A DNA stretch of 64,000 bases from Leptolyngbyaceae cyanobacterium. GTDB taxonomy: Bacteria > Cyanobacteriota > Cyanobacteriia > Phormidesmidales > Phormidesmidaceae. The DNA is taken from positions 1,024,001 to 1,088,000 of the forward strand of contig CBDHHL010000056.1 of NCBI GenBank assembly GCA_965263355.1, given 5' to 3'. How positions within the stretch are numbered: the first letter of the stretch is position 1; every line of letters starts with the position of its first letter. Under the pieces are notes generated by a model, which saw only the letters and a list, made by a program, of their open reading frames with translations, searched no databases and was not told where the DNA came from. Positions 19,701 to 29,900 of the stretch are shown piece by piece. Both the position numbers and the translations under genes were made by a program.

Positions 19701-21594
19701 GTTCATTCTCAATTTGAGAGTTTCTGAAATAAATGTCACCATCCACAGTTATATCAATACTGCCACTAAAGCCGCCTACGGCATTCCTGGCTAGAGTGTT
19801 GATAATTTTACTTTTATTAAATGCTTCGAGATCACCGGTCAATACAATGATGACATCCCCAGACTGCCTACCCAAGGTGCCTCTTCTACTATCATAACCA
19901 CCCCCTACATTGGACTTGTTCATCAGGATCAAGTTATGGGCATAGATCCGGACATCGCCATTTTCTCCAGTGTCCCCCTTTAGCTCACTTTCGATGTCAC
20001 TCCTGTCTAGCTCAATATCACCCGCCACGGTCACAAGAACACCGCCACTATCACCGATGGCTCCCCTCGATAACTCAGTGGAAATGTCGCTGTCAAAGGC
20101 ATCGAGATTACCGGTTAACTCGATAATGACATCCCCTGATTGAATGTCCGGTAGGGTGCCATCAAAATCATCATCAACCTCGCTATCATTCTCCGCTTGA
20201 ATCGCACTACCGTTCAGGTTCAAATTATGGGCAGAGATTTGAATATCACCACTACTGCCAATGCCTTCATCGATCAGATTTTTAATTTCGGTATCCTCTA
20301 GATCAATATCACCAGCCACAGTCACAACAATATCGCCAATGCTCCCTTGAGCATCTTCAGATAGTTGGTTAATAATTTCACTGTCGCTAAACGTCTGAAG
20401 ATTTCCAGTTAGGTCGATAATAATATCTCCTGACTGGCTGTTGGGTGAGCCTGCTTCGTCATCAAAACCACTGGTAATTTTACTCTCATTCATTAGGGTT
20501 AGATTACGAGCAGAGATTTGAATATCACCACTACTGCCAATGCCCTCGATCTCGCTGTTGATTTCGGTATTATCTAGGGTAATATCGCCGACAACGGTCA
20601 AAACAATATTGCCGATGGTGCCTTGGGCATCGTCGTCTAGTTTATTAGAAATCTCGCTGTTAGTCGCTTGGAGATTACCCGTTAGGTCAATAATAATATC
20701 CCCTGACTCACTGTTGGGTGTGTCTCCCTGGTCTCGTAACCCTGCGTCAAGTTCACTATCGTTTAGGGTTAAATCATGGGCATAAATTCGAATACTACCG
20801 CCATCATTACCGTCTACTTGAAGTTCGACATCATTTACGATGTCAACATCTGCACGCACAGCATTCTCGGGAAATTGGAGCATGCCTTCGGGCGAAAACT
20901 CCACCCGTCCAGGGGCAGCCAAGCCACCAAGTTCAATTAATCCTTCACGGGCTCGAACCCTGGTGTCTTCATTTTCTAAGATGACCTTTCCACCTACAAG
21001 TTGAAATGCTTCACCTCGCTCCATTTCTAATCGCCCCTGGCTACTGATTTCATTGGGGACCAACTGATTAAAGATCAGGGCAGACGGTTGGATGACGAGT
21101 AAACTATCGGGAGGTGCGATCGGGTCTTGAGTACCAAAGAGAAACTCCTCTCCAAATTCGATACCATCGGCAGTGGAGGCCAGAAATGAGCCCTCCATAT
21201 CGAGTTCGGCATTAGGACCGATAAAAATACCGTTGGGGTTAATTAGGAAAAAGTCTGCATCTTCAGAGATACTCAACGTACCTAAGATGTCAGACATGTT
21301 AGCGCCTGTGACACGGGTAAAGATAGTTGCAATACTGTCATCGAGAGAGAACTCTACTGTCTGGCCCTCATCGATACTAAATTCTGAAAAACTGTGGAAC
21401 AGGTTGGAACCTCGGGCTGCGCCACCTTCTACCAGGTCGGCATTAAACTGGGAGTTCTCGAGCCCGAGGGTATTATCAGGGATAATGTCTGCGCGAAGGA
21501 TGGGACAAAGTACTACTTGACTCAAGAAACTGATGAATACAGCGATACTGGTTCGTGTAGTACCTTTTTTCCAGTTTTGCCAGTTCGTAATCAT
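16756..21594 (-). CDS. Filamentous haemagglutinin-family (TpsA-like) exoprotein with internal repeats
   Basis: Signal peptide; GSNLFHSFSEFSI...IFTRVTG...FFLINPNGI secretion domain; G.GG.I.I.A beta-helix repeats; C-terminal FVVTGRDGLP. Confidence 0.9.
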   Translation of the reverse strand: MITNWQNWKKGTTRTSIAVFISFLSQVVLCPILRADIIPDNTLGLENSQFNADLVEGGAARGSNLFHSFSEFSIDEGQTVEFSLDDSIATIFTRVTGANMSDILGTLSISEDADFFLINPNGIFIGPNAELDMEGSFLASTADGIEFGEEFLFGTQDPIAPPDSLLVIQPSALIFNQLVPNEISSQGRLEMERGEAFQLVGGKVILENEDTRVRAREGLIELGGLAAPGRVEFSPEGMLQFPENAVRADVDIVNDVELQVDGNDGGSIRIYAHDLTLNDSELDAGLRDQGDTPNSESGDIIIDLTGNLQATNSEISNKLDDDAQGTIGNIVLTVVGDITLDNTEINSEIEGIGSSGDIQISARNLTLMNESKITSGFDDEAGSPNSQSGDIIIDLTGNLQTFSDSEIINQLSEDAQGSIGDIVVTVAGDIDLEDTEIKNLIDEGIGSSGDIQISAHNLNLNGSAIQAENDSEVDDDFDGTLPDIQSGDVIIELTGNLDAFDSDISTELSRGAIGDSGGVLVTVAGDIELDRSDIESELKGDTGENGDVRIYAHNLILMNKSNVGGGYDSRRGTLGRQSGDVIIVLTGDLEAFNKSKIINTLARNAVGGFSGSIDITVDGDIYFRNSQIENELKGIGGTGDTVITAGGELFLDGGQITNRVDDNGGQGDSGDIRIVADSLRFETPVDDDNGDQALISTTTEDTGDAGDIYITVNEFTMNGPVESGSSGITSSSSDNALGDAGSVFITVNGDMLMTDRGKIESIVKGGSVGTGGDVIINAHSLTLIEVSAIKVFNKANGEPGNIEITLTGDLIIDGNSDINASVEGPNAGVENNINTGNVIVNAHAVRLSDNGQIKVFAIEGAGDAGQIEVTADSIEIGTFGSFDPDDLRNSPSGFFSNSEVSNDGDSSGAGGDIVLHVRSLRIGTGGIIDSSSDGDFQGGDIEITAEHIEILDGAQLIASTSAGGQAGSIIITASDELLISGIDPRDDGFIENKADDNNFIVSEDDTIQSGVFTFTEGMGAAGQITIQDDGNGHLDIVIQNEGTVNAEARAQGTSEEAGAMAGTGGDITLQGRSVQLTNNATVDSSTARNARGGDVNITAEQVELLNGGQLVASTSAEGQAGSINVTASEEVLISGIDPTVSEDEPAQSGVFAFTEGMGAAGEIKIQDAGNGHLDIVIQNEGTVNAEARAQDASEAGAMAGAGGDITLQGRLVQLNNGATVDSSTARNARGGDVNITAGQVELLNGGQLVASTSAEGQAGNINVTASDEILISGTAPEDDNITTASDEIPDSRFASESDEVLNSRPVSEADSITVAAAAPISGTAAEDVGDTPPSSGIFTVTEGSGDAGQINIRDSGGSLGLIIQDGGTVSAQAFGQGNAGSIIIDIGAQLTVTDGDIRTDARQSAGGAINISAGNIVLSGDGDILTNVASGADNGGDIVIAAGYLVALDDSDILAFAQDGAGGNITLPIFFGQGFVPSPSGTELADLDMNGRVDINASGQLSSGTITFPDVSFIENNLTELSDVLVNTDTLVASSCIAPVAQGSGRFVVTGRDGLPQQPTAVYLSTLSTGTVRSLPDEAATTQNNNDDDFLTEPQAVYLLSDGRLVMSRDCS

Positions 21595-21993
21595 CAGTTT
21601 CTCCTCCTTACTCAGGATTTAGCATGAAAAAATGGCATGCCAAAAGCATATCAGTGACTTGGAGGTGTTGATCATGGGTTAATGAAAATAATTAAATTTT
21701 TCTACGAAGTAGACCAGTTCAATCCTTGGCATGCCCCACCTACACAACCTGAATATATTCAGCTCAACTGGGAACCGCTGGCTATAGTTAGGGTGCTGGA
21801 TTTAATCCTGACGGCTGGCTCAATTGCTGGAGGAAGTGAAGGAATTCATGACATTAGCAAAAACCTCAGTCACCTTTTTCCGGACATACCGCCAAAATTA
21901 TTGATTTTGTCCAATCTATTAGGCAAGATCTCGTATAGTTTTCGCTAAGCATTAGGAATTAACACCGGGGTTGCTGTTAAAGACATTCAGGAG

Positions 21994-22836
21994 GTGATCC
22001 CCATGGTTAATATCCATCAGCTACTAAATCATTTTATTGATACTGAGCAGGAACTCTGCCAGTCCGACTTTTTGGCTCCCTGTGTACGGCAGGGCTGTCT
22101 ACGTACCCGTGTGAATGGGTTGGTGTATACCTTTAATTTAAAGGGATGGCCGTTTGAAGGTTGGGGGGTGTTTCGTCCGGCAACGTTTGAGACGGCAACG
22201 TTGGTGATGGAAGCTAATTTGCCCCAGGTGGAGCAGTACTTGACACCACTGCCTGCTTTTCGACTGCGTCTGTTGTATCGGCTGCAACATTGTAGCTGGT
22301 TGGCCTATCCCACCAATGAATCGGATGCTCGACAGCGGTTAGGGCAGGTAAAGCCTGTAGTAGTACACCTTGTGTCTGAGGGGGGTGCCTTTGATCAGGT
22401 CATTGCTCGCTGGGATGGGAATGCGTTTTGGTTTGATCAGGTGGATCGCCGAGCGGATGTGGCAATTGCGCCCTATCTCCGTCAATCTCTCACTGACGAA
22501 ACCTGGCCTGATGATCTTCGCATCAAGGGCCTCACCCCAGAGGATCGGACAGCCTATGACCTGGCTATCCAGCATATACCTGGATTTTTTCCGGAAAAGC
22601 AAGATGAACAACGGTTACGTCGGGCACTCAAAACTGGTGGTGGTAATCTGCAACAGTTTCAGGATCAGGGAGACTTTTGGACGGTCCATTGGACGACGGC
22701 AGATGGTGAATATCACACGAGTGCCATTGCTAAGGATGATCTGACGGTGATTAGCGCAGGAATTTGTTTGAGCGATCGCGATCGCGACTTTGATCTGCAA
22801 TCCCTGGTCGGTGTAGTAGAGAAGAGTGATCTGTAG
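21994..22836 (+). CDS. Conserved hypothetical protein adjacent to the ThiF gene
   Basis: RBS AGGAGG; 280 aa; C-terminal DLTVISAGICLSDRDRDFDLQSLVGVV. Confidence 0.75.
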   Translation: MIPMVNIHQLLNHFIDTEQELCQSDFLAPCVRQGCLRTRVNGLVYTFNLKGWPFEGWGVFRPATFETATLVMEANLPQVEQYLTPLPAFRLRLLYRLQHCSWLAYPTNESDARQRLGQVKPVVVHLVSEGGAFDQVIARWDGNAFWFDQVDRRADVAIAPYLRQSLTDETWPDDLRIKGLTPEDRTAYDLAIQHIPGFFPEKQDEQRLRRALKTGGGNLQQFQDQGDFWTVHWTTADGEYHTSAIAKDDLTVISAGICLSDRDRDFDLQSLVGVVEKSDL

Positions 22837-22877
22837 GCTTCAACTTCGCTCAGCCTACAGAGACGGAGGAGATAACG

Positions 22878-23510
22878 ATGACATATTTGTTTCATGAGCG
22901 ACTGGCTCGATCGACTAAGGCGATGGAGCAGCTAAGGCAGTCTGCTGTGACGATCTGTGGTGCCGGTGCCTTGGGTGGAAATATTGCTGAGACACTGGTG
23001 CGATCTGGGGTAGGGCAGTTGAAGGTGATTGATTGCGATCGCATCGAAGAACGCAACCTGTCCACCCAGCCCTACACTCGTGCGGATGTAGGAGGCTTTA
23101 AGGCCAAGGTGTTAGCCAATAGCTTGTATCGAGCTGTGGGGACCCTGGCCGAGGCAGAAACCAAGCGATTCACCGCAGCCAATGGTCATAAGCTGTTAGG
23201 TAGCCCTAATTTGGTGATCGATGCTTTTGACAACAGCGGTTCTCGTCAAGCTGTTAAAGATAGCTGTAACAAAATTCACGTACCTTGTCTGCATGCAGGG
23301 TTGAGCGAAGACTACGCTGAAGTGATTTGGAATCCTTTATATAAAGTCCCTTCACCTGCCAATGATGATATGTGCGATTATCCTTTGAGTCGGACTTTGG
23401 TCATGCTCACGGCTACTGTGACTGCAGAAGTCGCTATCCGTTTCTTGATTGATGGAACGACTCAGAGTTTCACAATGACTCAAAAAGACTTTTCCATTAC
23501 GCCTTTTTAG
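22878..23510 (+). CDS. ThiF/MoeB/E1-family adenylyltransferase
   Basis: ICGAGALGG, LKVIDCDRIEERNLSTQ, VIDAFDN. Confidence 0.9.
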   Translation: MTYLFHERLARSTKAMEQLRQSAVTICGAGALGGNIAETLVRSGVGQLKVIDCDRIEERNLSTQPYTRADVGGFKAKVLANSLYRAVGTLAEAETKRFTAANGHKLLGSPNLVIDAFDNSGSRQAVKDSCNKIHVPCLHAGLSEDYAEVIWNPLYKVPSPANDDMCDYPLSRTLVMLTATVTAEVAIRFLIDGTTQSFTMTQKDFSITPF

Positions 23511-23569
23511 ATCAAGGAATTGCAATGATTACTTAGGGAGTGTCATGATAAATGATGCTTTATAACTGG

Positions 23570-24241
23570 TCACAACAGCCGACCATCTTCCATTTTGATA
23601 ATACGATCAGCAACATCAAAAAAACGATGGTCATGGGTTACCATCAAAATCGTTGTGCCGTCCCCCTTGGCCAAGTGCTGAAATAGGTCTATGACTGTTC
23701 GACCTGTTTTACTATCCAGGGCAGCGGTAGGTTCATCTGCCAAAATTAGGGGTGGGCAGCTGACCAGGGCACGGGCAATGGCGACCCGCTGCTTTTGGCC
23801 ACCGGAGAGATTTTGGGGATAGTAATTTGCTCGGTTGCCCAGCCCTACGGACTGGAGCATGGCCTTGGCGCGATCGCAAGCCGCACGGGAAGATACATTT
23901 TCATGAAGTTCCACCGACATTTGAACATTTTGTCGAGCCGTCATAAAGGGCAATAAATTGTGCCCTTGGAAAATATAGCCAATGTGTCGTCGCACCTGGA
24001 TTAGTTGCTTCTCAGAGGCACCGTAGAGTTCTTTACCGACGGATAGTAGTCGCCCCGTTTGCACCGAGCGTAAGCCCCCAATCAGTGATAACAACGTGGT
24101 TTTTCCTGATCCTGAAGCCCCAGTGAGAATAACCATCTCCCCTCGAGAGAGATTTAAATTAATATCAAATAAAACTTGCTGACGCAGTTCCTGTTGACCG
24201 TAAAAATGATTGAGATTGCCAATGTGAACGGTTGTTTCCAT
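23570..24241 (-). CDS. devA: DevA-family ABC exporter ATP-binding protein
   Basis: [44 protein letters not shown] typical of DevA. Confidence 0.88.
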   Translation of the reverse strand: METTVHIGNLNHFYGQQELRQQVLFDINLNLSRGEMVILTGASGSGKTTLLSLIGGLRSVQTGRLLSVGKELYGASEKQLIQVRRHIGYIFQGHNLLPFMTARQNVQMSVELHENVSSRAACDRAKAMLQSVGLGNRANYYPQNLSGGQKQRVAIARALVSCPPLILADEPTAALDSKTGRTVIDLFQHLAKGDGTTILMVTHDHRFFDVADRIIKMEDGRLL

Positions 24242-24282
24242 TGTCTTGTTCTCGCTGCTGTGTTTAGGTTATAGACACATTA

Positions 24283-25455
24283 CTAAAACACATCTGCCGG
24301 ATCCGCATCTTGGAGTTTTTGCATGGCGATGGCTCCAGCCATAAAGCACATCATGCCGGTTAGGAGCAACACGGCAAAGGCTTTGGGTAGGGTCATGACG
24401 ATGGGCAAAGAGGTGGCATCCCTAGAAATTTTGTAGGAGATGAGGGCAATGATCACGCCTTGGACATAGCCCAATACGGCCAAAATAACAGATTGCTGGA
24501 ACACCAGGGACAAAAGATAGGGATGGGTATATCCCATAGCCTTTAAGGTGGCATATTCTGGAAGATAGTTGGTGACATTGGTATATAGGATTTGATACAC
24601 CACCACAATGCCAACAATGATGGCCAAAGCAACACTCAGATTAAATACAAAGCCGATGGCGGTGCTGCTTTGCCAATAGGTTTTCTCAAATTGGATAAAT
24701 TCTTTTTTAGACAAAACGTTCACATCATCGGGCAGTGCTTGTCTGATTTTATCCACCAGGTGGTCCACGTCAGTGCCTGGTTTAAGTTTAATCAGGCCCA
24801 CTTCAATCAGTCCTTGAGGGCGATGACTAAAGATTCTGAAAAAGTTTAAATGGCTGGTGATTAGATTCCCATCGGCCCCAAAGGATGTGCCGAGTTTAAA
24901 TAATCCGGTAACGGTAACACCCCGGTTAGCTTGGCCTCGGCTGCCCAGTTCGGTGGTAATGGTATGGCCTGCTTTAAAAGTCTCCGCTACGGGGCCAAAT
25001 TCAGACCGTGAGGCTTGATCAAACAACACCCGATCCGGCAGCTGGAGAGTTCTTAAGTTGTTTTCAACCCCAGGGAGGTTAAAGACTCCGCTCCTGAGTT
25101 TAAAACCGATGACATAAATAGGACGCCAATAGTTACGGGTCTCTGGATGTCGCCATTGGGCAAAGGCTAGATAAATGGGAGTAACAAAATCAACTTCTTC
25201 AAAGGCTAAGGTTTGATCCAGTCGCCGTTCAGAAAAACTTTCCATGGCAGTGAGCGATGTTGAGCGAGGGCTAACCAGAAAAATATCGCCTTGCCAACTT
25301 TTATGGAGATGAACAGCACTGTCAAATAGGGCTTCGCGAAATCCCAGTTGCATAAAGATCATAACCACGGCAAACACGATGCCGGATACGGCAACAGTTG
25401 TGCGGCGATAGTCGTGTTTTAGCTGTAGCCAGGCCACCGGTAATTTGGTGTTCAT
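24283..25455 (-). CDS. devC: DevC-family ABC exporter permease
   Basis: PVAWLQL...FMQLGF...GTSFGADGNLITS...VYQILYT...EYATLKAMGY...ADPADVF. Confidence 0.9.
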   Translation of the reverse strand: MNTKLPVAWLQLKHDYRRTTVAVSGIVFAVVMIFMQLGFREALFDSAVHLHKSWQGDIFLVSPRSTSLTAMESFSERRLDQTLAFEEVDFVTPIYLAFAQWRHPETRNYWRPIYVIGFKLRSGVFNLPGVENNLRTLQLPDRVLFDQASRSEFGPVAETFKAGHTITTELGSRGQANRGVTVTGLFKLGTSFGADGNLITSHLNFFRIFSHRPQGLIEVGLIKLKPGTDVDHLVDKIRQALPDDVNVLSKKEFIQFEKTYWQSSTAIGFVFNLSVALAIIVGIVVVYQILYTNVTNYLPEYATLKAMGYTHPYLLSLVFQQSVILAVLGYVQGVIIALISYKISRDATSLPIVMTLPKAFAVLLLTGMMCFMAGAIAMQKLQDADPADVF

Positions 25456-26837
25456 GGGTTTGCACCAGAGACATCGATCACGGCATGAATTTCTAAGTTG
25501 GTTAGCCCAGACACGCGTTGACTCTCCTGGAGACGAATTTTGACTTCCACTACCCGAGCATCGGCGTCAGCGGCGGGATCCGTTCCCAGCACATCCCGTT
25601 TAGCGATTTGAATACCCAGGTCTTCCACCACCCCCTGTAATGTGCCAGGAAAGCCATCGCTGGTAATGGTGGCGGTTTGGCCCACTCTGACCTGATGGAT
25701 GTCCGTTTCGTATACTTCTGCGATCGCATACATTTGGTCAGTTGCTCCCAACTCCAAGATGCCATCGCGACCAATGATTTCCCCCGGCCAGGTTTGGATC
25801 TTGAGGATTTGACCCGCCTGGGGGGCTTTGACGTAGGCTAAGTCCAAATGGGTTTGGGCCTCTTCCACCGCTGCAATCGCCCGAGATAACTCAGCTTCTG
25901 CCAGGGTGACATCCACCGTACGCACTTCAGCAATCGCCCCTAACCTGGCGTCGGATTCGACAATTTGTTGTTCTAAGGTGGTGACTGTTCGATTTAAATT
26001 GGCCTTTGCTTCGCCAATGTCCTTGGTTAAGGTGTCCACCGTCTGCACTAACCTGGCATTGGCTTCCTGTAACTGTTCTCCCACAGCAGTAGCCTCTAGA
26101 CAAACACTTTCATACAGAGACGTAGAAACAGCGCCATCTGCATGTAACGACTGGTAGCGGCGACATTCTTTTTCTGCAGTTATTAATTCAGCATTCAATC
26201 GCTCAATCGTTTCCGCTTGGGTATTTTGTTCGCCCCTGAGACGTGCCTGCAAACTATCAATAGTGGCTTCTTGGGTGGAAATTTGGCCTTGCAGTTCAGC
26301 GGCTAACCGTTCAGTCGTAGCGGCTTGGGCGTTGATACTGCCTGACTTTGCACCGGCTTTGACTTGAGCAACATTAGCCCTAGCAATACTAACCTGTTGC
26401 TGGGCCAAGTTAACTGCAGCAGCTAAGCGATCGCGACTATCTAAAATCGCAACTACATCCCCTGATTGGACCCTGTCACCTCTCTTCACCAGTAGTTGCT
26501 CAACCCTGGCTCCCTCTCTAAATGCTGGGGCAGACATCTGAATAACTTCTCCCTTGGGTTCCAGGTAACCCGACGCGGAGATGGCCTCCATGGGATAACC
26601 GTCAGTGACATCAAGCGTTGCCGTCTCTGGTTGCGTAGTCGTCTTTGCGCCTGAAGATTCGTTTGATCGAGGCAGCCCAAACCACAGGGTAACCATGGTC
26701 GAAACGACGGCTGTCACAACGCTTAAGGCTACCATTGTCGATGCCAGAAGCCACCGATTGGCATCAAGCTTTTGCAATGGAATTCCTAATTCAGTCAGGC
26801 TAGCCCCAGGGTGAGTAATCCACTGGCGAATGTTCAT
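25452..26837 (-). CDS. devB: DevB-family membrane fusion protein
   Basis: N-terminal TM, GYLEPKGEVI, coiled coil, AEVYETDI, DARVVEVKIRL. Confidence 0.88.
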   Translation of the reverse strand: MNIRQWITHPGASLTELGIPLQKLDANRWLLASTMVALSVVTAVVSTMVTLWFGLPRSNESSGAKTTTQPETATLDVTDGYPMEAISASGYLEPKGEVIQMSAPAFREGARVEQLLVKRGDRVQSGDVVAILDSRDRLAAAVNLAQQQVSIARANVAQVKAGAKSGSINAQAATTERLAAELQGQISTQEATIDSLQARLRGEQNTQAETIERLNAELITAEKECRRYQSLHADGAVSTSLYESVCLEATAVGEQLQEANARLVQTVDTLTKDIGEAKANLNRTVTTLEQQIVESDARLGAIAEVRTVDVTLAEAELSRAIAAVEEAQTHLDLAYVKAPQAGQILKIQTWPGEIIGRDGILELGATDQMYAIAEVYETDIHQVRVGQTATITSDGFPGTLQGVVEDLGIQIAKRDVLGTDPAADADARVVEVKIRLQESQRVSGLTNLEIHAVIDVSGANP

Positions 26838-26959
26838 GGAAGTTCAGTATTCCTATATTCAGTCACTAGCAGCAATAGGTGGAATTAATGATTAACCAAA
26901 CTAAATGACTCGTCCGCTAATATACCCACAGCTTGGGAAGCATCATCATCCTTTAAAGT

Positions 26960-29900
26960 CTATTGCTGAGGATGAACCACTAGCGCAATCATGCGAGTTT
27001 GACCACGCGTGAGCTGAATCGGGAAAGAAATTATCTTTTGAGATAAGTTATCCCCACTAAAAAGAATACTGTCGCCAATGCGGGCGTCAATTCTCAGATC
27101 CAGATTCTGGATTGCATGTTGTGCCTTAACCAAGGCTTCCAGGGCTGTCCAAATGCGAGCACCCGCTAAGGCCGCCCCATCCATATCCATAAGCTGTTGT
27201 AATAAGGGGCGTCTGGACTCTCCCAAAAGGGCAATCCAGTCTGACACAGTCCGGGGCTTAACTGGTTCAATATCACACCCCTGTACTCCATAATCAGCTA
27301 CACAGAGACATACTCGATCATCGTGGGCTAGGGAAATATCAAGGTTGTCGGGCACGCAATTCTGAACAACTGGCTTCCCTGACTCCAGCCAGATAAATTC
27401 TGGCTCTAGAGACTCAAAAGGTTGGGATTGGATGGCCAGAGTTTGTTTTAATTCACCATTCCCCCTATGTCGCAGTTTGCTCATCACTGTTTGGATGAGC
27501 GGTAATTCCAGTTGGTGACGATCGCTGGCTTCCCGTTGATGTAACCCCAGAATATTCATTACGGCGGCTGCAGGCATTGGCATACCAAATTTCTTGGAAA
27601 TCTCCGCCAGCTTGGCCTGAAGAATTTCCCCATCTCTTTGGTCAGGATGGGCCAACTGTTGCGCAGTTGGATTGTCCGGTCGATGCTCTAAGCGTCGCAG
27701 GCGATAACCAGTCAGTCTTTCAATCAGGTTGCCTTCTCCATCGACCACGGCAATCGAAAGGGTGTAGCCTTGCTCGTCCTGGGCATTTAATGTGGCCACA
27801 CCCGTGAGCGATCGCACCCCCCGGTGGGTGGGTGGGTAAATCTCCCAGCTATCGATGCCAATGGGCAAACACACGTCTTGGGGCATCGCCGCTTGGCCCG
27901 ATTGGAGCAGCGCATCTCGGAAAAAGGGATCCCCCAACAATCCAGTTTCATTCAAGTTGTCTGGATTATCCGATTCGCCCGTGGCAATCTGCTGGGCGGT
28001 GAAGAGATAGCGATCGCCGGTAATGCTGTAGAACTGCTCTAACCGCTGAAAGCAGGGACCCTGAAACAGGAGAGAACCGTACAAATCCTCATCTGGCCTA
28101 ATATCCAATGGGGTATCGGGTAACTCAACCGGCTCGCGAGGGGGTACTGCATCGATATCTAAAACGAACGTCGCCGAAAAGTGATCCTTGGCAAATCCTG
28201 ATAGCTCTGTGCGAATAGCCGCTTTCACCTTTCGAGATTCATCCTTCGTTTGCCGTTCGATCACATGGGCCTGGATTTCAATCTCAGTCCCTTTTTCTGG
28301 ATCGACCACAATCCCTCGTTCTAATTGGATATCTTCAATCCTGACAACCCTAAAATCATCATCTCCTATTACCAGTGCAGCGGCTTGGGCCATCGCCTCC
28401 AAGCCAAACACCGTTGGGAACAGATAGGAGCCTTTATAATGGTGATCCTTAAGATAAGGGTGATTTTCTAAGGAAAGTTGAGTTCGTGTAACAATCTCTA
28501 CCCGAGGTTCATGAGTAGCCATTCCAGATACAGTCAGGAATTTTGAGGCCCGCGCACAGGGTTTGGGCTGAGACCTCCACGTGTCATAGCCAGCAGTTGA
28601 CGCTGCCATCGTTCTCATTGGCCCAGTGACTAAGATACGGTTCTGTCCAGGGTCATTGTGTACAAGGTTGAGGAATCGGCGGACCCCCTCGTCTTTACTA
28701 ATTGCTCCAATGCCCATTTGACGTAGAAAACGTACTGCTCCCATCTCGAAGCCCATACCCACTTCGTCCCACACTCCATACGCGGGACAAAGCACCTCAG
28801 TTTGAGGATGCTGGGCACCAAATGCTTGCAATAGTAATTCCATGGCTTCATTGGAGAACCCATACCAGCCGTTGCGCTGCATACCGGTAAAGCCAATGAT
28901 GGAAGAGAGCCCGACAAATAGTTTGAGTGGAACGTCGTTTAGTGCAGTGCATAGATTGATAACGCCGTTCAGCTTAGGCGCAATTTCCGTCAATGCCTCT
29001 GCGGTAGAAATGCTATCAAGACTCCGAGGTCGATTAATGGCTGCGCCGTGGATCACTCCAGTAATAGCACCCATTTCACGTTGAACCTGGGCGACTAAAT
29101 TTTGGACCGCTTCAAAATCCGTCACATCGCATGGGTAGTATCGGCAGGTCAATGACTTTTCTTCAAAGCGTTTCAGAGTGGTTAAAATTGCTTGGCTGCG
29201 GGGATTGTCGTCAGCTTCATTGGGCTGGGGAGAGCTGCCGACCAGGGCCATTTTCACCCCGGTTGATTCTGCAAGTGCGATCGCGCATTCTGCCGTAATT
29301 CCCTTTGCTCCCCCAGTTACCAGCATCACATCTTCACCGGTCCAGGTAATCGAACGGGGTTGATAATCAGCCGCTTCTTGCACTACCGGGCGTGGCATCA
29401 GACGCTGTAGCTCTGCGTTATACCCGACCGCCGCATAGGGCTCTGGGGTAGCGAGTTCAGCCATCACTCGCTCAGCTAACTGGGGGGGAGACACAGTGGG
29501 AGAAAAATCAAGCGACCTCACCTTAAGATCGGGACGTTCTAGATGTAAGCTAGCTGCCAATGCCTGGGTGCAGGTTTGATCAATAGCCGCCCCTGGATAA
29601 TTGGTGCCAAAGACGCCGCCACCGAATTGCACATAGCCCACGGTTAAATTGGCATGCTGTCTGCTGTCTGCAGCAGGGGGAGCCGTGAAGGGCTGCAGAC
29701 GATCCACGATAGCCCTAAGGCTGTTGGGGGATATCGTGGTCGCTTTAGACTGTCGGGGCAAAATGGCAATTAGATGAGAAAATGCTGTCATCTCGATCTG
29801 AAGGGGATGACAAACCTGTTCAAAGGAGACTACCTGCACTTGAGCACCTTGAGCCTGCATCGCTTCTCGTAAGCAACTGGCAAACTCTACCTCTGCAGAT

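Noticed and set aside
16851..21627. Many + strand ORFs inside the haemagglutinin gene (likewise inside pksE, the second FHA, lanM and the exporters)
   Set aside because: Antisense shadows caused by biased codon usage
21682..21948. 88-aa ORF with LILTAGSIAGGSEGIHDI
   Set aside because: Looks like a fragment of a membrane-protein gene, but the support is too weak to call
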